DNA of 37,628 bases from positions 1 through 37,628 of the IMG/VR virus record IMGVR_UViG_3300045988_104568, one strand, 5' to 3'. Below the pieces are notes generated by a model. That model ran no database searches, was not told the origin of the DNA, and saw only the letters and a program-made list of their open reading frames with translations. A program made the translations under genes and the position numbers. Each line of letters begins with the position of its first letter. Position 1 is the stretch's first letter. Origin of the DNA: a virus. Shown in pieces: positions 1-7,741 of the stretch.

Positions 1-55
1 ATATCCGGAATATACCTGAGCAAGTGGTGTCAGTACCTTCCTATCATTTCCATAA
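1..55. repeat. Terminal direct duplication, identical to 37574..37628 (assembly overlap of a circular contig)
   Basis: The first 55 nt (atatccggaatatacctgagcaagtggtgtcagtaccttcctatcatttccataa) recur exactly as the last 55 nt. A minus-strand ORF stays in frame across the junction. Confidence 0.95.
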
Positions 56-462
56 TCCAAATAGAATCCAAGCGAATTGGTTACATTCTCCAAATCTTCA
101 CAACTCTGATCGATAATTGCTTCTGTGATCTGATTAAGCTGCTCGTTCTGATCATACGGTATATATTCTGCATTGATCTGTTCATATACATCCTTATCTC
201 GAACATATTCCTTTTCGATTACCTTATCGTACAGCTCAAACATTTCCGGATAGGAAGCATTGAGCGTCTTCTTTATCTCACGTTCGATATCCTCTGAAGA
301 ATGTCCCAGGATCCGTAACCGATTAATCTGCCAATCTGCAGTACTGGTAATTTCACCAGTCTTAACGATTCTCCTAACAATGTCTTGCATGATTCGTTCT
401 TCCAGATCCTGATATCTGGCGGCAATCTTACTGGCCATCTTATTCTTGTAATCATCTCGCAT
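1..462 (-). CDS. N-terminal 154 codons of the MuF / SPP1 gp7-like head morphogenesis (minor capsid) protein. The gene continues at 37573 after circularisation.
   Basis: ATG at 462..460 lies 1 nt after the portal stop. Translation is MRDDYKNKMASKIAARYQDLEERIMQDIVRRIVKTGEITSTADWQINRL... with no stop before base 1. 462 nt is exactly 154 codons, and the frame joins 37573..36371. The position directly after the portal gene is canonical. Confidence 0.85.
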   Translation of the reverse strand, partial: MRDDYKNKMASKIAARYQDLEERIMQDIVRRIVKTGEITSTADWQINRLRILGHSSEDIEREIKKTLNASYPEMFELYDKVIEKEYVRDKDVYEQINAEYIPYDQNEQLNQITEAIIDQSCEDLENVTNSLGFYLDYGNDRKVLTPLAQVYSGY

Positions 463-463
463 C

Positions 464-1813
464 TTACTCCATCACCTGATTCTGTTCCGGGATTTTTGAC
501 TTTGCGGTCGCTTCGTCCTCGTTGTACCATTTCATGCGATATTCAACCAGACTCATAACACCCATACTTACGTCTTGCCTGTCCTGCTGCCTTTCTGATT
601 CTTCATCTGCCAAGATTGAATCATTGAACTCGCAAGTAAATTCCACACCAGACATATAAAAACCATTGTAGAAAGCCAGCGCATTTACGAATCCATTTAA
701 ACATTCTTCAAGCTTCTCCTGTATTGCAGTAACACGATTGTATTTTCTGGTCTTTGATGCAAGCACTTCCGTGGCTGTCTTATCCACTTCCTGTGCGTCA
801 GACAGATCTCCGTAAGCAAGACCAACATTGAACTCAATCCCTCGTTTGTATTCTTCTAATCCTCTTCGAAATGCTTCATCCCTCATTGCAGGAGAATATT
901 CTTTGTAAAGTTCTTTATCCTTACCATCTTCAAGGTTCATCCCTTTGTAAAGACGTTTTTTCAGCCTTGGCAGGTAAGTCTTACCGCCTTTACTCTTTAA
1001 TGCTCTCTGATCCACGTGAATCGCACGTTCTCCAGAATCATATTCCCAGTCAAGACGTGCTGCCTGCACATCAGCTTTCTTTATCAATCCTTTTGCCGAC
1101 TCATATATTGATACGCCACATGAAGAACTATCCACCTTATTCTCAATTGGATTCTGATAATATCCAAAATCCATTTCTGTCATACCGGTATAAACAATTG
1201 GCCCAGGTTGAATATTTGCCCATTCTGCGACTGCTTCCAGGCTGCATCTCTGCCCGATATCACTTCGGCTCTGCGAATTATAACATTTATTTTCAATGGT
1301 CAGACTCCCATTTGTGAAATAATGTCTCTCTACCCTGGTATAATAATCATTTTCGCCAACACACTTTACAACCAGAAAAGCAATATCGTTCGGAACTCCA
1401 TTATCATCAAAACTAATCGGAATGAATTTATCTGCAGCAACATACTCAGCCTTGTCTGAACCGAGCGGTCGGAGAACCATTGCTCCAAGGGCAAGACCGG
1501 TCTGCAGCTTCTTGTTCATATCAGATAGACTTTTCTGGAGAACTTTATCCATATTATCATGATTCAGGATCTTGGCTTCCATCTCTACCAAGACAGAATC
1601 TGCAAACTCACGGCAGATGCCCTCTTCCAATTTCAAGGATTCTACTGTATCGTCACACCATTCTGCATTCCCGACCAGCATTCTTTTCCATTCATTGATG
1701 GCATCGATCATGGCCTGTGACAGTGCCACATCTTTACCAATTATATTTTTTAATGTCGTGTAATTAAACATGCTCACTATCCTTCCCCATAGTCTTTTTA
1801 ATCCATCAAACAT
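464..1813 (-). CDS. Portal protein (SPP1 gp6-like)
   Basis: 449-aa ORF directly downstream of terL, overlapping it by 8 nt. Size and position are typical of a portal, and it is followed by the MuF gene. Confidence 0.85.
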   Translation of the reverse strand: MFDGLKRLWGRIVSMFNYTTLKNIIGKDVALSQAMIDAINEWKRMLVGNAEWCDDTVESLKLEEGICREFADSVLVEMEAKILNHDNMDKVLQKSLSDMNKKLQTGLALGAMVLRPLGSDKAEYVAADKFIPISFDDNGVPNDIAFLVVKCVGENDYYTRVERHYFTNGSLTIENKCYNSQSRSDIGQRCSLEAVAEWANIQPGPIVYTGMTEMDFGYYQNPIENKVDSSSCGVSIYESAKGLIKKADVQAARLDWEYDSGERAIHVDQRALKSKGGKTYLPRLKKRLYKGMNLEDGKDKELYKEYSPAMRDEAFRRGLEEYKRGIEFNVGLAYGDLSDAQEVDKTATEVLASKTRKYNRVTAIQEKLEECLNGFVNALAFYNGFYMSGVEFTCEFNDSILADEESERQQDRQDVSMGVMSLVEYRMKWYNEDEATAKSKIPEQNQVME

Positions 1814-3134
1814 CTTCCACCTCTTCTATCAGATCTCGCATATCCCGTTCAATTGTATACTCAAATGCATCTAGGCTATCAATATCGGTGCTACCATCAT
1901 CCAGACGCTCATCTTTATCTTTCACGTCTTTATTCCATACCGCATCCGAAAGCGCTGTCTGCAGGGACTTGCAATCCTCTGTAATCCAGAACCTTCCAGC
2001 TCCCATCAATCGGATCGTACAGCGAATCCGATCAATGATAGATGCTTTCTTCGCTTTTCTTACAATCATCCAAGGGAATCTCTTTTCCACTGCATTTCGG
2101 ATGGAATTACCGAGCACTGTCTCCGCATTATCGTAGTAAACGGATTCCACATTACAGTACTCTACATAATCGCCTTGTTTTTTGATCACACTGTATTTAT
2201 CAATTACCTCTTGAACAAAATCGCAGAACAGCTGATCCAGCATATTGCTGTCTATGTCTTTTTCCTGGTCTTTTGCCATGACTCGCTTAGACATAATCCC
2301 TATTACGTCTCTGTAATCGTCTGTATATCCTCTGGCTACAAAAGAATGACCGGACTGATTTCCTCCGAAGTCAAGTCCGATCTCTATCGATACAATATCA
2401 TTTTTCCGGAATTGTTTATGTTCCGGATTGTCTGCAGGTCCTTCCAGTACTTCACACCGGAACTTCTCCGGATTGTCTGCAAATCGTTTATAAATTGCTC
2501 CTTCTGCTCTCTTCCATAACCCAAGAATCAGACGATCGTAATAAATTGTACCTTCATACTCTTTGCACAACTGCTCAACAAATTCCTGTGGAAGAAACGG
2601 ATTATCAAAGATTGTGTATCTCTGCAAATAGATATCCAGTTCGTCATTATCCAGAAACTCTTTCAACCAGTGTGTTGGATGTTCTGGGTTACAAGCTCCA
2701 TCAAAGCACGAATAAGGCTTATCAAGTCGTGATTTCAACATCTGAAACACTTCTTTGTTCCATTTCGCAATCTCGTCACCGTAACAATATTTGATGCTGG
2801 CTCCCTGTATCTTCGCTACCTGGCTGACTTTCTCTGCTCCCAGGCAATACACTTCTTCACCGCAAATCATTGCCACATTTCGGTTATTAATCTGCCCGAT
2901 CAGTTCCTCTGTATAAATCTCACGCATTGGCTGCAGTACGTTTCGTTCAATCGATTCCTTAGACACACCAAGGATAACATTTAGTCCCGGCTTGCCAGTC
3001 CTCTCTCGAATACGGAATGGAATCACAAAAGCTGTATCCACATAAGACTTTCCGGAACGAACTGCCCCGGACTTAATGTTCCATCTATGAGTTGCGTTCA
3101 CAATATATTCATTCTGTTTCTTGCTTAAACGCAT
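1806..3134 (-). CDS. terL: Terminase large subunit (PBSX/SPP1-like)
   Basis: 442 aa with an N-terminal Walker A-like motif SGAVRSGKSY. Acidic nuclease-type C-terminal half. Overlaps terS upstream and the portal gene downstream. Confidence 0.9.
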   Translation of the reverse strand: MRLSKKQNEYIVNATHRWNIKSGAVRSGKSYVDTAFVIPFRIRERTGKPGLNVILGVSKESIERNVLQPMREIYTEELIGQINNRNVAMICGEEVYCLGAEKVSQVAKIQGASIKYCYGDEIAKWNKEVFQMLKSRLDKPYSCFDGACNPEHPTHWLKEFLDNDELDIYLQRYTIFDNPFLPQEFVEQLCKEYEGTIYYDRLILGLWKRAEGAIYKRFADNPEKFRCEVLEGPADNPEHKQFRKNDIVSIEIGLDFGGNQSGHSFVARGYTDDYRDVIGIMSKRVMAKDQEKDIDSNMLDQLFCDFVQEVIDKYSVIKKQGDYVEYCNVESVYYDNAETVLGNSIRNAVEKRFPWMIVRKAKKASIIDRIRCTIRLMGAGRFWITEDCKSLQTALSDAVWNKDVKDKDERLDDGSTDIDSLDAFEYTIERDMRDLIEEVEDV

Positions 3135-3573
3135 TGTCCCGCACCTCTTTTAATATCTGATCCAGACGATCAAGCGCATCGTTATTCTCATTTTCGCCTG
3201 TGATAGATTCTTTTCTCGCTTTGATCAGCTCTGTTTCAGCTTTCTTATTCTCCAGATCTTCCTCTGCTCTGTTGCTCTGTCCGGAATACTGCGCTACAAA
3301 CTTCGCAGCCTGTGTATCTCCGTCTAATGCAGCCTTAATCTGAGCCATAAGAAGAGCCGATTCCAAAGTACACTCAACTCCGAGTGACTCTAAAATCGGC
3401 TTCCATTCTTCGTTATCTATTTCTGCAGTAAGCAGCAGGTTCAACGTCTTCTGGAAGTTCGCCTTCCTGCGTCTTGCTTTTCCACTTGCTTTCCCTGCTA
3501 TTTTTGCTAACTCCCGGCGTTCCTCCGGAGTTCGATTGTTATTTGCGTCTCTTATGTTTTCATAGCCTGCCAC
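3109..3573 (-). CDS. terS: Terminase small subunit
   Basis: 154 aa with a GTG start preceded by AAGGTGG. Basic N-terminus (AGKASGKARRRKANFQKTL) and a coiled-coil C-terminus. Lies immediately upstream of and overlapping terL. Confidence 0.7.
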   Translation of the reverse strand: MAGYENIRDANNNRTPEERRELAKIAGKASGKARRRKANFQKTLNLLLTAEIDNEEWKPILESLGVECTLESALLMAQIKAALDGDTQAAKFVAQYSGQSNRAEEDLENKKAETELIKARKESITGENENNDALDRLDQILKEVRDNAFKQETE

Positions 3574-3607
3574 TTCACCACCTTCAATTCTGGTTTATTT
3601 TTATATT

Positions 3608-3629
3608 AGAAAAGCACCCCGGAGGGTGC
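3608..3629 (-). terminator. Intrinsic terminator closing the AT-rich cassette
   Basis: The minus strand reads GCACCC-tccg-GGGTGC followed by TTTTCT. It starts 13 nt after the stop at 3643. Confidence 0.65.
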
Positions 3630-3642
3630 CTTATATCTTTTT

Positions 3643-3888
3643 TTAACTTCTTATAACACTCTGAAATACTAATACTAATTCATAGCAAATTATTGTTAAT
3701 AAACAAGCTATAATCATATTTATTATATAAAATATAATTGCATTCTTAGTTTTATCAAAAATTTGATTTTCATCAATTATCATGCTTGCAAATTTAAACA
3801 AAACTGATAGCCATGTAATAAATGATACCATAATAAATATGATTGCTGCACATGCATTCCACATCACATCACTCTTCACTTTCTTCAT
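3643..3888 (-). CDS. Small two-TM membrane protein, second gene of the AT-rich cassette. Start is uncertain: ATG at 3909, 3888 or 3864.
   Basis: The ORF overlaps or abuts the stop of the 376-aa gene (3869). Two hydrophobic helices are visible: AAIIFIMVSFITWLSVLFKFASMII and AIIFYIINMIIACLLTIICYELVLVF. Very low GC. Confidence 0.55.
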   Translation of the reverse strand: MKKVKSDVMWNACAAIIFIMVSFITWLSVLFKFASMIIDENQIFDKTKNAIIFYIINMIIACLLTIICYELVLVFQSVIRS

Positions 3889-4999
3889 CACTTTTTGCAA
3901 ACTCTTCATTGGATTCAAATTTTAAACTCTCATTCAATTCGTCAATAATCTTCAAATCCCCTAATACTTTATCCATATCGACTCCTGTATCCTTCGACAT
4001 CTGAATAACTTCCATCGCAGTCTTATAGTTTTCAAGTTGTTTTCCTTTTAATTCCTCTTTTTTTATTTCAACGTCTACATCTATCGTTCTGTATTCTTCA
4101 ATCGTATTAATTACTCCTCCGGTTAATCCCGGGAACTCAAATCCAAACCCGCTTCCCCCAAAAACTAATAAAAAAATACCAATCAATGGGCGATATGATT
4201 TTTTTACTGTTTCGTATCCCTTTTTTAATGCTACAGTAAGTTTTCCAGGAGAATTTAAGTTGATTGTCACCGTTACTAAATCCTCATCTGCTATATCACA
4301 AAACAATTCTGTCACACCATACATAAGCTTTGATAATTCCCGCGCTTTTATAGGATCTTTCTTTGCAATATTTAAAGAATACATCATATCACCTTTATAT
4401 GTGTAACAATTATAAATACAATTCAATATATCAACGTCATACTCATTCATATCGCTAAGTCCATGATATGATGACATGCCCTTTAAAACTTTATATCCAA
4501 GTCTTCTAGAAGATATTGTCAAAATTTTTGTCATCTTGCGCCGTTTACAATATGGACATTTAACTTTTCCTATTTCTGCTTCTTTATTTTCAATTTTTTT
4601 ATCTGCTATAAGCTCTTTTATATAATCATAATCTTCCTCATAGTATTCCCCTAAAATGCCAATTGTAACTTCTGTACTTTTTGCATTCGGAATAAGAACA
4701 TAATCACCTGATTTTACCGTTTCAATAAACTTGATACATTTATTTACCGCAACACCAGGTCTTTTATCTCCATATCTTTCTTTTATATCATCTTTCAAGA
4801 TTTTTATATTTTTATCATCAAAGGAAGTATTTTGAGTAATATAATTCCACCCTAATGCTACATATCCTTCATCAATAAATTCTTCATAGAAATAACCCGA
4901 CATAGTACGGACCAACCAAAAATTTGTATCTTCCGGAATATCCGGAATTTCAAATTCTTTCAGATACTGTCCCATCTCGATTAATGTAACTTCATTCAT
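3869..4999 (-). CDS. Unknown 376-aa protein, first gene of the AT-rich cassette. It has an N-terminal soluble domain, one CxxC, a Gly-rich hydrophobic segment and an acidic coiled-coil tail.
   Basis: ATG at 4999 lies 5 nt after GGAGGAA. Visible motifs are FWLVRTMSGYFYEEFIDEGYVALGW, KCPYCKRRK and PLIGIFLLVFGGSGFGFEFPGL, with the C-terminus ending ...EEFAKSDEESEE. I recognise no family. Confidence 0.8.
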   Translation of the reverse strand: MNEVTLIEMGQYLKEFEIPDIPEDTNFWLVRTMSGYFYEEFIDEGYVALGWNYITQNTSFDDKNIKILKDDIKERYGDKRPGVAVNKCIKFIETVKSGDYVLIPNAKSTEVTIGILGEYYEEDYDYIKELIADKKIENKEAEIGKVKCPYCKRRKMTKILTISSRRLGYKVLKGMSSYHGLSDMNEYDVDILNCIYNCYTYKGDMMYSLNIAKKDPIKARELSKLMYGVTELFCDIADEDLVTVTINLNSPGKLTVALKKGYETVKKSYRPLIGIFLLVFGGSGFGFEFPGLTGGVINTIEEYRTIDVDVEIKKEELKGKQLENYKTAMEVIQMSKDTGVDMDKVLGDLKIIDELNESLKFESNEEFAKSDEESEE

Positions 5000-5032
5000 T
5001 CTGTTTCCTCCAACTTATCTAACCCTATTTCT

Positions 5033-5061
5033 ATAATATCCCATTTTTCGACATTACGCAA
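5033..5061 (-). promoter_or_regulatory. Sigma70-like promoter of the AT-rich cassette
   Basis: The minus strand reads TTGCGT (5061..5056), a 17-nt spacer, then TATTAT (5038..5033). It lies about 20 nt upstream of the RBS. Confidence 0.5.
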
Positions 5062-5063
5062 CG

Positions 5064-5091
5064 AAAAAGACACCCGCGTTGCCAGGTGTCT
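5064..5091 (-). terminator. Intrinsic terminator after the late-regulator operon
   Basis: The minus strand reads AGACACC-10 nt loop-GGTGTCT followed by TTTTT. It lies about 100 nt downstream of the stop at 5193. Confidence 0.65.
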
Positions 5092-5192
5092 TCTCTTGGT
5101 TGTGTTAGGTTGGGGGGAACTGATCGAAGGACTATCATATGTCTTTTCATCATGTCCAGCATAATAATAACATAGCAAAATTATTAACGTCA

Positions 5193-5609
5193 TTAGTCTT
5201 GCAAATTTTCTTTAATTATTTGTGCTATTCGCCCCTGAGTGCAATTCAAGCATATTCCTGCATCTTTCTGCGTCATCCCATCCAAGAATACCATTTCAAA
5301 TATATCCTTGGTCGTTCCATCAGGCATTGCGGCTATGTACTTCTCTACTTTCTCGTTCTCCCGGATCAGCTGATCTTTTCTCTTCTCCTTCTCATAGATC
5401 CGCATCTTCAATGCAGTTGCTGCCTTTGGCTCTTCCACTCTAACCTGTACATGCTCCTCGATGTAAGGGAAATCATCCGAACTCTTTGTAACCTTCCCCG
5501 ATACAACCGGTACTGCGTCCAGTCTTTCCTGAAGCTTGGCTATGATCCCGTCCAGATTCTCAATATCTCGCTTATTCTTCTTGTATTTATTTAACTGCTC
5601 TCTGTTCAT
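5193..5609 (-). CDS. Putative late-gene transcriptional activator (DUF1492 / sigma-70 region-4-like HTH, RinA/ArpU-type position)
   Basis: 138 aa. The C-terminus DIFEMVFLDGMTQKDAGICLNCTQGRIAQIIKENL resembles a sigma region 4 HTH. It is the last regulatory gene before the packaging module. Confidence 0.55.
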   Translation of the reverse strand: MNREQLNKYKKNKRDIENLDGIIAKLQERLDAVPVVSGKVTKSSDDFPYIEEHVQVRVEEPKAATALKMRIYEKEKRKDQLIRENEKVEKYIAAMPDGTTKDIFEMVFLDGMTQKDAGICLNCTQGRIAQIIKENLQD

Positions 5610-5841
5610 TATACTCCCGCCTTACTCTTTCCTGAATCCCTTTAATCAGCACTTCTCCATCCATATCACTGTACGTCTCAATGCCTTTACGAAAAAACAG
5701 CTCGCATTCATTTTTGGTATGAAGCGCATTCGTATCCTTTGGGTGTCGTCTTAGCCTGATCAATGCCCGCCGGTAATCATCCGCTGCCAGCTTTACAACT
5801 GCTGCTTTTAAGTTTTCATAGCACTCGACATATTCACTCAT
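5587..5841 (-). CDS. Hypothetical protein (84 aa)
   Basis: ORF in the operon, overlapping its neighbours on both sides (translational coupling). Confidence 0.6.
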   Translation of the reverse strand: MSEYVECYENLKAAVVKLAADDYRRALIRLRRHPKDTNALHTKNECELFFRKGIETYSDMDGEVLIKGIQERVRREYNEQRAVK

Positions 5842-6019
5842 CGCCGGTCACCTCTTTTATGTCTACTCCCATCTTCCGCAAGTAATCCTCCACCGAATAA
5901 CTCTGATAAGCTGGTGTATGGAATCTCTCACTTGCCTTCGCATCATGGCTCTCCTCCAACCCTTTGTAATGCTTCTGACTATCCAGCTTTATCTGTCTTC
6001 TGTCTCTTCCTCTGTTCAA
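5834..6019 (-). CDS. Hypothetical protein (61 aa)
   Basis: ORF packed tightly between neighbouring genes on the same strand. Confidence 0.45.
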   Translation of the reverse strand: MNRGRDRRQIKLDSQKHYKGLEESHDAKASERFHTPAYQSYSVEDYLRKMGVDIKEVTGDE

Positions 6020-6382
6020 TCATTCCTCAACTCCTTCGTCGTTTTGTTTTCTCTTCCAGATTTTCACTATATCCTTAAGCTGTACGCTTTTATCCCGTCT
6101 TGTTCCTCCGGTACTGTAATGGAATCCTGTATCTGTAATCTTTGTGATCCGGCAGCAACCATTCCCGCCACCACTGGTATATCGAATCGATATTTCATCA
6201 TCAACTTTTAATTCCTCGCCCGTTTCCTCACAAACGATTTTCTTTTCAACCTTATAGTTCATCTGCCTTATCTCCTTATCGCATATCCTTTTTAATTGCT
6301 CATCCGCACTTGCTCCTACAACACATAAACTCCATACTACAAAGAGTGTACAGATGACAACGATGAATATTATTATTTTCAT
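6020..6382 (-). CDS. Hypothetical protein with an N-terminal signal/anchor helix
   Basis: The N-terminus MKIIIFIVVICTLFVVWSLCVVGASA is hydrophobic. 120 aa. Confidence 0.6.
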   Translation of the reverse strand: MKIIIFIVVICTLFVVWSLCVVGASADEQLKRICDKEIRQMNYKVEKKIVCEETGEELKVDDEISIRYTSGGGNGCCRITKITDTGFHYSTGGTRRDKSVQLKDIVKIWKRKQNDEGVEE

Positions 6383-6472
6383 TGTTCCCTTCGCTTACCT
6401 CCTAAAAATTATAATTAATCCAATCGCCATAAGTAATATCTTGATCACAGCTATGATCCTGTCTCTTATGAT

Positions 6473-6823
6473 TCAGTCATCTTCTTCCCTGTATGGCTCC
6501 GGCAATGGCGTCCATGCATTGACAAATATTCCATAGCTTGAATATGGTTTTTCATCATCTCCCGGATAGAATGTACCGCCTTCATCATTTTCTTCATATC
6601 TTGCGATATCCGGCATTGATGCATTCTCGAATGATACCAATATGTAACTTTCATCCTCCGGCAATCTCTCACTTATCGGAATCCATTTGCTGAGGACATT
6701 TGTGTCCTTAGCATCTTCCCTGTCCTCATACATCGCCAGTCTATCTACCAACTCCTGTTTCTTATTCGGGGACCAGTACCCTCGCTTTATACCGTTCTCT
6801 CTTTTATGTGTTAATCTTTCCAT
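6473..6823 (-). CDS. Hypothetical phage protein, possibly with a DUF551-like C-terminal domain
   Basis: The motif KWIPISERLPEDESYILV is typical of DUF551-type phage proteins (recalled, not searched). Confidence 0.55.
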   Translation of the reverse strand: MERLTHKRENGIKRGYWSPNKKQELVDRLAMYEDREDAKDTNVLSKWIPISERLPEDESYILVSFENASMPDIARYEENDEGGTFYPGDDEKPYSSYGIFVNAWTPLPEPYREEDD

Positions 6824-6826
6824 GAT

Positions 6827-7066
6827 CTATTCCTCCGTATCTTTTATCTTCATTCGTGCATCTTTTGACACTTCCCTGATCACACTTACCAACATATCTT
6901 TCGCAAGGTCTGATTGATATTTTTCGTTTATCGCATCCGCTTCTCGTGTCATTGCTTCGCACTCCGCATCATCCAATCTTCTTGCACCATATTTTCGATA
7001 CAGCTCCCAGACATCCACAAACAGATTGTATACTTCACGAAATGCCATTGTTTTTATCTTCATCAC
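6827..7066 (-). CDS. Hypothetical protein (79 aa)
   Basis: ORF overlapping the rusA stop by 4 nt. Confidence 0.55.
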   Translation of the reverse strand: MMKIKTMAFREVYNLFVDVWELYRKYGARRLDDAECEAMTREADAINEKYQSDLAKDMLVSVIREVSKDARMKIKDTEE

Positions 7067-7452
7067 AATTCCTCTATCCTGATATAAATTCCTGGCTGAT
7101 CCGCCCAGAACTTCTCAGTTATTTCCGATGCCACCAACGCATCATCCTTCCAGAATCCAACCTTGGTCATGCAATCCTTTAACATCTTCTGCAGATTATC
7201 TGTATCCGGCTTTGTAATCCTGTACTCTCCGTTTTCATGATTCTGCTTTGGAAAGCACCACTTCGTGATCAGCCTTACTCCTGTTTTGTACGGTTCCACG
7301 ATCCGATGCTTGTACAGGTTACCAATCAATTTTTCTTTTGCTGCTTTCAGTTCCGGTGGATCATAAAATACCGGCCTGCCATTCACAACCGTAACCTTAT
7401 GCTCCTGATGTGTAATTGTAGGCGGCTCCATCACCATAAAAAACTCTGTCAT
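7063..7452 (-). CDS. rusA: RusA-family Holliday junction resolvase
   Basis: 129 aa carrying the RusA-like motif KPDTDNLQKMLKDCMTKVGFWKDDALV. Confidence 0.75.
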   Translation of the reverse strand: MTEFFMVMEPPTITHQEHKVTVVNGRPVFYDPPELKAAKEKLIGNLYKHRIVEPYKTGVRLITKWCFPKQNHENGEYRITKPDTDNLQKMLKDCMTKVGFWKDDALVASEITEKFWADQPGIYIRIEEL

Positions 7453-7536
7453 TTATTTCGCTTCACCTCTTTAAAGTTTTAAATTTCTTTTTTTCATCCC
7501 TGAACCCTGGTTTGTGCTGGGTGGGCTCCCGCCTGT

Positions 7537-7566
7537 GTGTGGGGGCGTACTTCAATCGCCCCACAC
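7537..7566. repeat. GC-rich imperfect hairpin at the edge of the putative origin
   Basis: GTGTGGGGGCG-tacttcaat-CGCCCCACAC, with one bulged G. Confidence 0.6.
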
Positions 7567-7600
7567 TTTAAAGGGGGTGCCCGCACATTCCCATTCCCGA

Positions 7601-7735
7601 TATGTATATATATACGTAGTATATATAGGTGCCGGGAGGGAATGTTCCCACTACCTGAAAATCAGAAAATAGGAAGAAAATCGGGAAACTTCCCACTACC
7701 TTATTTTTTAGAAACTGGGAATGTTCCCACTACCT
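7601..7735. repeat. Putative origin of replication: an AT-rich alternating tract plus three 19-bp iterons
   Basis: The tract tatgtatatatatacgtagtatatatag (7601-7628) is followed by GGGAATGTTCCCACTACCT at 7638-7656 and 7717-7735, and GGGAAACTTCCCACTACCT at 7683-7701. Each repeat contains GGGAA-NN-TTCCC dyad symmetry. The region is non-coding and lies directly downstream of the primase/helicase gene. Confidence 0.6.
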
Positions 7736-7741
7736 AAAAAT

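Noticed and set aside
4996-5193. 65-aa minus-strand ORF between the late regulator and the AT-rich cassette
   Set aside because: It runs straight through the terminator hairpin, promoter and RBS of the cassette and has no RBS of its own, so it is most likely non-coding.
7638-7735. Direct repeats that could be mistaken for a mini-CRISPR array
   Set aside because: There are only three copies, spacers are unequal (26 and 15 nt), and there are no cas genes. The context is a replication module.
7537-7737. 66-aa plus-strand ORF in the primase-rusA gap
   Set aside because: It is composed of the iterons and the AT tract, has no RBS, and is better explained as origin DNA.
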